Source of the DNA: a virus
Length of the DNA stretch: 49,363 bases
Reading direction: 5' to 3' (one strand)
Virus record (IMG/VR): IMGVR_UViG_3300037465_000531
The position numbers and the translations under genes are program-made. This document shows positions 49,168-49,363 of the stretch, in pieces. The notes beneath the pieces were generated by a model. The model was not told where the DNA came from and did no database searches. It saw only the letters and a program-made list of their open reading frames with translations. Numbering within the stretch: the stretch's first letter is position 1; each line of letters begins with the position of its first letter.

Positions 49168-49363
49168 CAGATATCGTTTCCTCTCCCTATTGGCTGAAGA
49201 TGGACGAGCCGTCAGTCAGGATCCGTCCGTTCGACATGCAGCCGATCATCCGCAGGCTGCGCGGTCAAGAGGTCGTGCATCCGCCGTACGACCGTCTGGT
49301 TCTGGCATCCGTGCCCCTGCTGGAGCAGTCCGGCGTCTTCCCCCGGCCCGCCCTTCCAAGGAT
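49164..49363 (+). CDS. Family-A tandem paralogue 3, 5' part (continues at window base 128 once the repeat is collapsed)
   Basis: ATGA overlap. MTDIVSSPYWLKMDEPSVRIRPFDMQPIIRRLRGQEVVHPPYDRL... runs without a stop into the terminal repeat. Confidence 0.8.
   Translation, partial: MTDIVSSPYWLKMDEPSVRIRPFDMQPIIRRLRGQEVVHPPYDRLVLASVPLLEQSGVFPRPALPR
49237..49363. repeat. Terminal direct repeat, right copy (identical to 1..127)
   Basis: Same 127-nt string as the window start. Confidence 0.95.

Noticed and set aside
1-49363. Alternative genetic code or stop-codon recoding across the genome.
   Set aside because: All motif-bearing genes are intact under the standard code. The only frame anomaly (4302-4806) is a frame shift, not an in-frame stop.
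1-49363. CRISPR arrays, rRNA genes, and insertion sequences or transposases.
   Set aside because: There are no regularly spaced direct repeats with unique spacers, no rRNA-like conserved stretches, and no transposase motifs or terminal inverted repeats bounding a gene. The only recombinase is the tyrosine recombinase at 29035.

Overview
This window looks like one complete, closed replicon of a high-GC dsDNA virus or provirus. Bases 1-127 recur exactly at 49237-49363, giving 49,236 bp of unique sequence, and one gene (49164 -> 581) reads in frame across the junction. I call about 78 tightly packed genes, almost all on the plus strand, and many are joined by ATGA/GTGA stop-start overlaps.

Modules, in order:
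1. Junction block: 4-5 tandem paralogues (family A), then a ParB-like protein, an SNF2 helicase and a frame-disrupted gene.
2. Leftward operon 8039->4803, including two signal-peptide proteins.
3. 8184-14904: at least 12 consecutive proteins with no signal peptide, each ending in a single Gly/Ala/Leu-rich hydrophobic helix plus a short charged tail.
4. 14906-25759: a virion-like block. It holds an (RRNP)n protamine-like membrane protein, four small beta-rich proteins built from one recurring ~130-aa unit (one of them internally duplicated), two tandem lectin-like paralogues and a fibre-like protein.
5. Holin/spanin-like small membrane proteins and a membrane-anchored SLT-like transglycosylase.
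6. A minimal tyrosine recombinase and an HTH repressor-like gene, bracketed by a 16-bp palindromic motif.
7. Replication/recombination genes: XPD/DinG-like Fe-S helicase, SSB-like protein, PD-(D/E)XK nuclease, Sak4/RecA-like ATPase, ERCC4/Mus81-like nuclease, a UDG4-3'-5'-exonuclease fusion and a split family-A DNA polymerase.
8. A MoxR-like AAA+ ATPase and a VWA/HExxH protein, separated by small paralogous genes (family B).

I saw no rRNA, tRNA or CRISPR array.

Main hypothesis (inference only): I could not recognise a terminase, portal, HK97-type capsid protein, tape measure or tail genes. Together with the jelly-roll-like paralogue set and the tail-anchored protein array, this suggests a tailless, lipid-containing virus lineage whose packaging machinery is unrecognised. 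All functional calls rest on motifs read by eye; no database search was possible.
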